The position numbers and the translations under genes were made by a program. The notes beneath the pieces were generated by a model. It was not told the DNA's origin. It was given only the letters and a program-made list of their open reading frames with translations, and made no database searches. Of a stretch of DNA of 58,436 bases, positions 55,546-58,436 are shown piece by piece; the stretch's first letter is position 1; each line of letters opens with the position of its first letter. Source of the DNA: Oscillospiraceae bacterium (GTDB lineage Bacteria; Bacillota; Clostridia; Oscillospirales; CAG-272); NCBI GenBank assembly GCA_015064965.1, contig SVRG01000004.1:1-58436 (forward strand), written 5' to 3'.

Positions 55546-56898
55546 ATGGAGAATAAAAACAATATTCAACAGAGCATAGATGAGGCTATTGAAAATAGCG
55601 AAAAAGAAGAAACCGCTTTAAATAGCGGTGAGCATCATCATCACCATCATCACAGTCATAGGCATCATCACCGCAGGCGCAGTAATTCTGCCAAGAAAAA
55701 AGACAAAAGGTTAATAAAGTTTTTCAAGAGGAACAAGAGTGTAATTATCAATATCGTGGCTTGCCTTATTGCGGTGGTGTTACTTGTGTTGCTTGCTGTA
55801 AACCGCGACGGTGAAAAGCCGGTTATTATACCAAGCGATGATACCCCCATTGAGCTTACGCAGACAACTTTTAAGATTGAGAGCACACTTTATACCGAAG
55901 AAGTACCGCTTGTGCACCAGGCGATTTTTAGCTATATGGATGAGAATAACAAGGACTCTGCACATGATGTTTTCGGTACATATCAAGGTTATCGCAACCG
56001 TCTTGATAACGGTGTACCGTTAACCTACAACTACAGTGTTATTGGAATGCCAAGCAATATCAGTACAGAAAGCGCAGTTTTGGAAATATCCGAAAATGAT
56101 AGTTTTTCTTCTCCGATAAGCTATGTGCTGGACCTTGGCAACGGAAGTATTGATATATATAATTTAAAGACCGGCACGCAGTATTATTACAAGTTATTGC
56201 TTACACTTTCAAATGGGGATGTTGTAAGTACCGGCGGAGAATTTGTCACTGCCGATTCGCCTCGATTTTTGAATATCGAAGGTGCTGTAAACGTGCGTGA
56301 TTTTGGCGGACGGCTTACAGAAAGCGGCAAACGTATTCCTTTGGGACTGCTTTTCAGAGGCAGTGAACTGGATGGTGCAGTTGAAAGCAAGTATTCGATC
56401 ACAAAGGAAGGACAAAGCGAACTTGTTTTAAATCTCGGTGTGCGCTTTGATATGGACCTTCGCTCTGAGACCGTCAATGCAGTGGAAACTAATGCACTTG
56501 GCAAAGGGGTTGTGCACAGATATTATGATGCCCCACAGTATGACGGTATTTTTGAGGAAGTCAACACAAAATCAATCAGAAACGTGTTTGCCGATCTTGC
56601 CGATGAGGAGAATTATCCGATTTATATGCATTGCACCTATGGCCGCGACCGTACCGGTACTATGTGTTATTTGCTCGGCGCTCTTCTCGGCATGTCAAAA
56701 GACGATTTGTATAGGGACTATGAACTCAGCGCGTTTGTTGACTCTTATGTAGACGATAAGGCAATGGCGGTATTTATAGCGCGTCTTGAATTGCTTGAGG
56801 GCGACAGCATGAAGGAAAAGGTAGAAAACTATCTGACATCAATCGGTGTAACTGAAGCGGAAATTCAAAGCATAAGAAATATTTTCCTTGGAGAATAA
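55546..56898 (+). CDS. Membrane-anchored Cys-dependent tyrosine/inositol phosphatase-like protein (Y_phosphatase3) with a His-rich N-terminus
   Basis: His/Arg tract, one TM segment, FN3-like NLKTGTQYYY, NVRDFGG, DLR, P-loop HCTYGRDRTG. Confidence 0.85.
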   Translation: MENKNNIQQSIDEAIENSEKEETALNSGEHHHHHHHSHRHHHRRRSNSAKKKDKRLIKFFKRNKSVIINIVACLIAVVLLVLLAVNRDGEKPVIIPSDDTPIELTQTTFKIESTLYTEEVPLVHQAIFSYMDENNKDSAHDVFGTYQGYRNRLDNGVPLTYNYSVIGMPSNISTESAVLEISENDSFSSPISYVLDLGNGSIDIYNLKTGTQYYYKLLLTLSNGDVVSTGGEFVTADSPRFLNIEGAVNVRDFGGRLTESGKRIPLGLLFRGSELDGAVESKYSITKEGQSELVLNLGVRFDMDLRSETVNAVETNALGKGVVHRYYDAPQYDGIFEEVNTKSIRNVFADLADEENYPIYMHCTYGRDRTGTMCYLLGALLGMSKDDLYRDYELSAFVDSYVDDKAMAVFIARLELLEGDSMKEKVENYLTSIGVTEAEIQSIRNIFLGE

Positions 56899-56938
56899 AA
56901 AAATCCTTGCAAAAGTCTTACTTTTGCAAGGATTTTTT
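56898..56938. terminator. Bidirectional terminator between convergent genes
   Basis: AAAAAATCCTTGCAAAAGT-CTT-ACTTTTGCAAGGATTTTTT. Confidence 0.85.
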
Positions 56939-56944
56939 AAAATC

Positions 56945-57100
56945 TTATTCTGCTGAGAACTGATCTTTGCCTACACCGCAGAGGGGGCATTCAAAATCTT
57001 CGGGGAGATCCTCCCACTTGGTGCCGGCCTCAATGCCGTTGTCAGGATCGCCGAGTTCCTCATCATAAACGTAGCCGCAAACTTCGCAAACGTATTTCAT
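56945..57100 (-). CDS. Rubredoxin (51 aa; not listed in the ORF track)
   Basis: Manual translation [51 protein letters not shown]; AAAGGAG RBS. Confidence 0.95.
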   Translation of the reverse strand: MKYVCEVCGYVYDEELGDPDNGIEAGTKWEDLPEDFECPLCGVGKDQFSAE

Positions 57101-57129
57101 AGTAAAAGTCTCCTTTAAATTGATTTAAA

Positions 57130-58275
57130 TTACAGCATCTCTTTTGCAAGAGCTTTAATTTGTTCAATGTTTTCATCCTTCACGCCGGAATGGATGGTAA
57201 CGGTTGTATCCGCAAATGTGATTTCTTTGCACTCTTCAAGGGCCTTTTTGATGATTCTGGCAGCCACCGGTGCCCAGCTTCCGTTTTCAATGATACCCAC
57301 TTTGCGCTTTTTATATCCGCGTTCGGCGAGCTCGCTTAAAAATGTTCTCATAAATGGGAAGATTTCGCCATTATATGTGGTAGTGGCAAGCACTATCTTG
57401 CCGTAGCGGAAAGCATCCTCAACGGCTTCAGCCATATCGCAGCGTGCAAGATCATTTACAGCAACCTTTGCGCAGCCAAGAGCCTCAAGCTCGTCTGCAA
57501 GCATAAGAGCAGCCTTTTTTGTGTTGCCGTAAACCGAGGTGTAGCAAATTACCACGCCCTCGCTTTCAACACCGTAGGATGACCATGTGTTGTACAAATC
57601 GAGATAATAGCCGAGGTTTTCATCGAGAATAGGACCGTGGAGGGGGCAGATGGTTTCAATTTCAAGACCGCTTGCTTTTTTGAGCACAGCCTGAACCTGC
57701 GCGCCGTATTTGCCAACGATGCCAAAGTAGTATCTGCGCGCTTCACAAGCCCAGTCTTCATCAACGTCAAGTGCGCCGAATTTGCCAAAACCGTCGGCAG
57801 AGAAGAGCGCCTTTGCTGTGCTGTCATATGTCATTATAACTTCGGGCCAGTGAACCATGGGCGCCGCAACAAACGAGAGCGTATGCGTACCGAGTGAAAG
57901 TGTGTCGCCGTCTTTAACTGCAAGCTTACGCTCTGTAAAGTCAACCGAGAAAAACTTGTTCATCATGACAAATGCTTTGTCAGATGCAACCACTGTTGCA
58001 TCGGGGTACGCCTTTGTAAAAGCTGCTATACCCGATGAATGGTCGGGCTCCATGTGCTGAACGATAAGGTAGTCGGGGCACTTTTCGCCGATTGCCGCCT
58101 TTATGTTTTCCAGCCATTTATCAACAAAGCGTGCATCCACAGTGTCAAAAACAGCAACCTTTTCGTCATTTATTATGTAAGAATTATATGCCATGCCGTT
58201 TGGAACATCGTACTGTCCTTCAAACAAATCAATGTCATGGTCATTTACGCCGATATAGATTATGTCCTTGTGCAT
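57130..58275 (-). CDS. fprA: Flavodiiron protein (A-type flavoprotein)
   Basis: YNSY, HMEPDHS, VHWPE, FSADGFG, CPLHGP, flavodoxin SVYGNT and NGSW. Confidence 0.95.
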   Translation of the reverse strand: MHKDIIYIGVNDHDIDLFEGQYDVPNGMAYNSYIINDEKVAVFDTVDARFVDKWLENIKAAIGEKCPDYLIVQHMEPDHSSGIAAFTKAYPDATVVASDKAFVMMNKFFSVDFTERKLAVKDGDTLSLGTHTLSFVAAPMVHWPEVIMTYDSTAKALFSADGFGKFGALDVDEDWACEARRYYFGIVGKYGAQVQAVLKKASGLEIETICPLHGPILDENLGYYLDLYNTWSSYGVESEGVVICYTSVYGNTKKAALMLADELEALGCAKVAVNDLARCDMAEAVEDAFRYGKIVLATTTYNGEIFPFMRTFLSELAERGYKKRKVGIIENGSWAPVAARIIKKALEECKEITFADTTVTIHSGVKDENIEQIKALAKEML

Positions 58276-58354
58276 TTTAAACCTCCAAAGTGGTATATAC
58301 CAATTCTATCATAATGCAGCAAAAAAATAAAGAGTTTTTTTATACAATATTTGC

Positions 58355-58436
58355 AAAAAAACGGCACCGCATTCGCGGTACCGTTTTTTCTATTTTACAA
58401 TGGCTTTTAAAATAGAAAAAACGGTACCGCGAATGC
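58355..58436. repeat. Inverted doublet of a hairpin element (at least 29-bp perfect inverted repeat), cut by the window end
   Basis: 58369-58397 is the exact reverse complement of 58408-58436 with a 10-nt spacer. The first copy itself forms AAAAAACGGCACCGC-ATTC-GCGGTACCGTTTTTT. Confidence 0.8.

Overview
The gene content (SLH and dockerin proteins, cpsBCD, rubredoxin/FprA) suggests an anaerobic Clostridia-type Firmicute, probably Oscillospiraceae/Ruminococcaceae-like; this taxonomy is inferred. The window has four blocks. (1) 1-20 kb is an accessory mosaic with four dockerin-ending exported proteins: two LamG-metallophosphoesterases, a large beta-helix protein with a cohesin-like module, and an M14 carboxypeptidase. 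It also holds AP-superfamily, HAD, serine-hydrolase, MATE, GNAT, DeoR and LysR genes, separated by tRNA-Asn-derived repeats with hairpin inserts, a terminator-targeting MITE, two gene relics and a ~95-bp direct repeat. (2) 20-31 kb is a 7TM-LuxR regulator divergent from a seven-gene operon. One SLH surface protein has a ~280-aa domain that is ~22% Cys, another contains an EF-Tu domain II-like barrel, and five small unknown proteins follow. (3) 31-34 kb is a GtrB/GtrA/GT-C glycosylation trio. (4) 34-57 kb is a Wzy-dependent capsule/EPS locus with a radical SAM enzyme, a 1782-aa phosphodiester glycosidase with 8 x 68-aa repeats and an exported PTP-like phosphatase, followed by rubredoxin and a flavodiiron protein. 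No intact tRNA, rRNA, CRISPR array, transposase or integrase was seen. All family calls come from motif recognition by eye; no searches were run.
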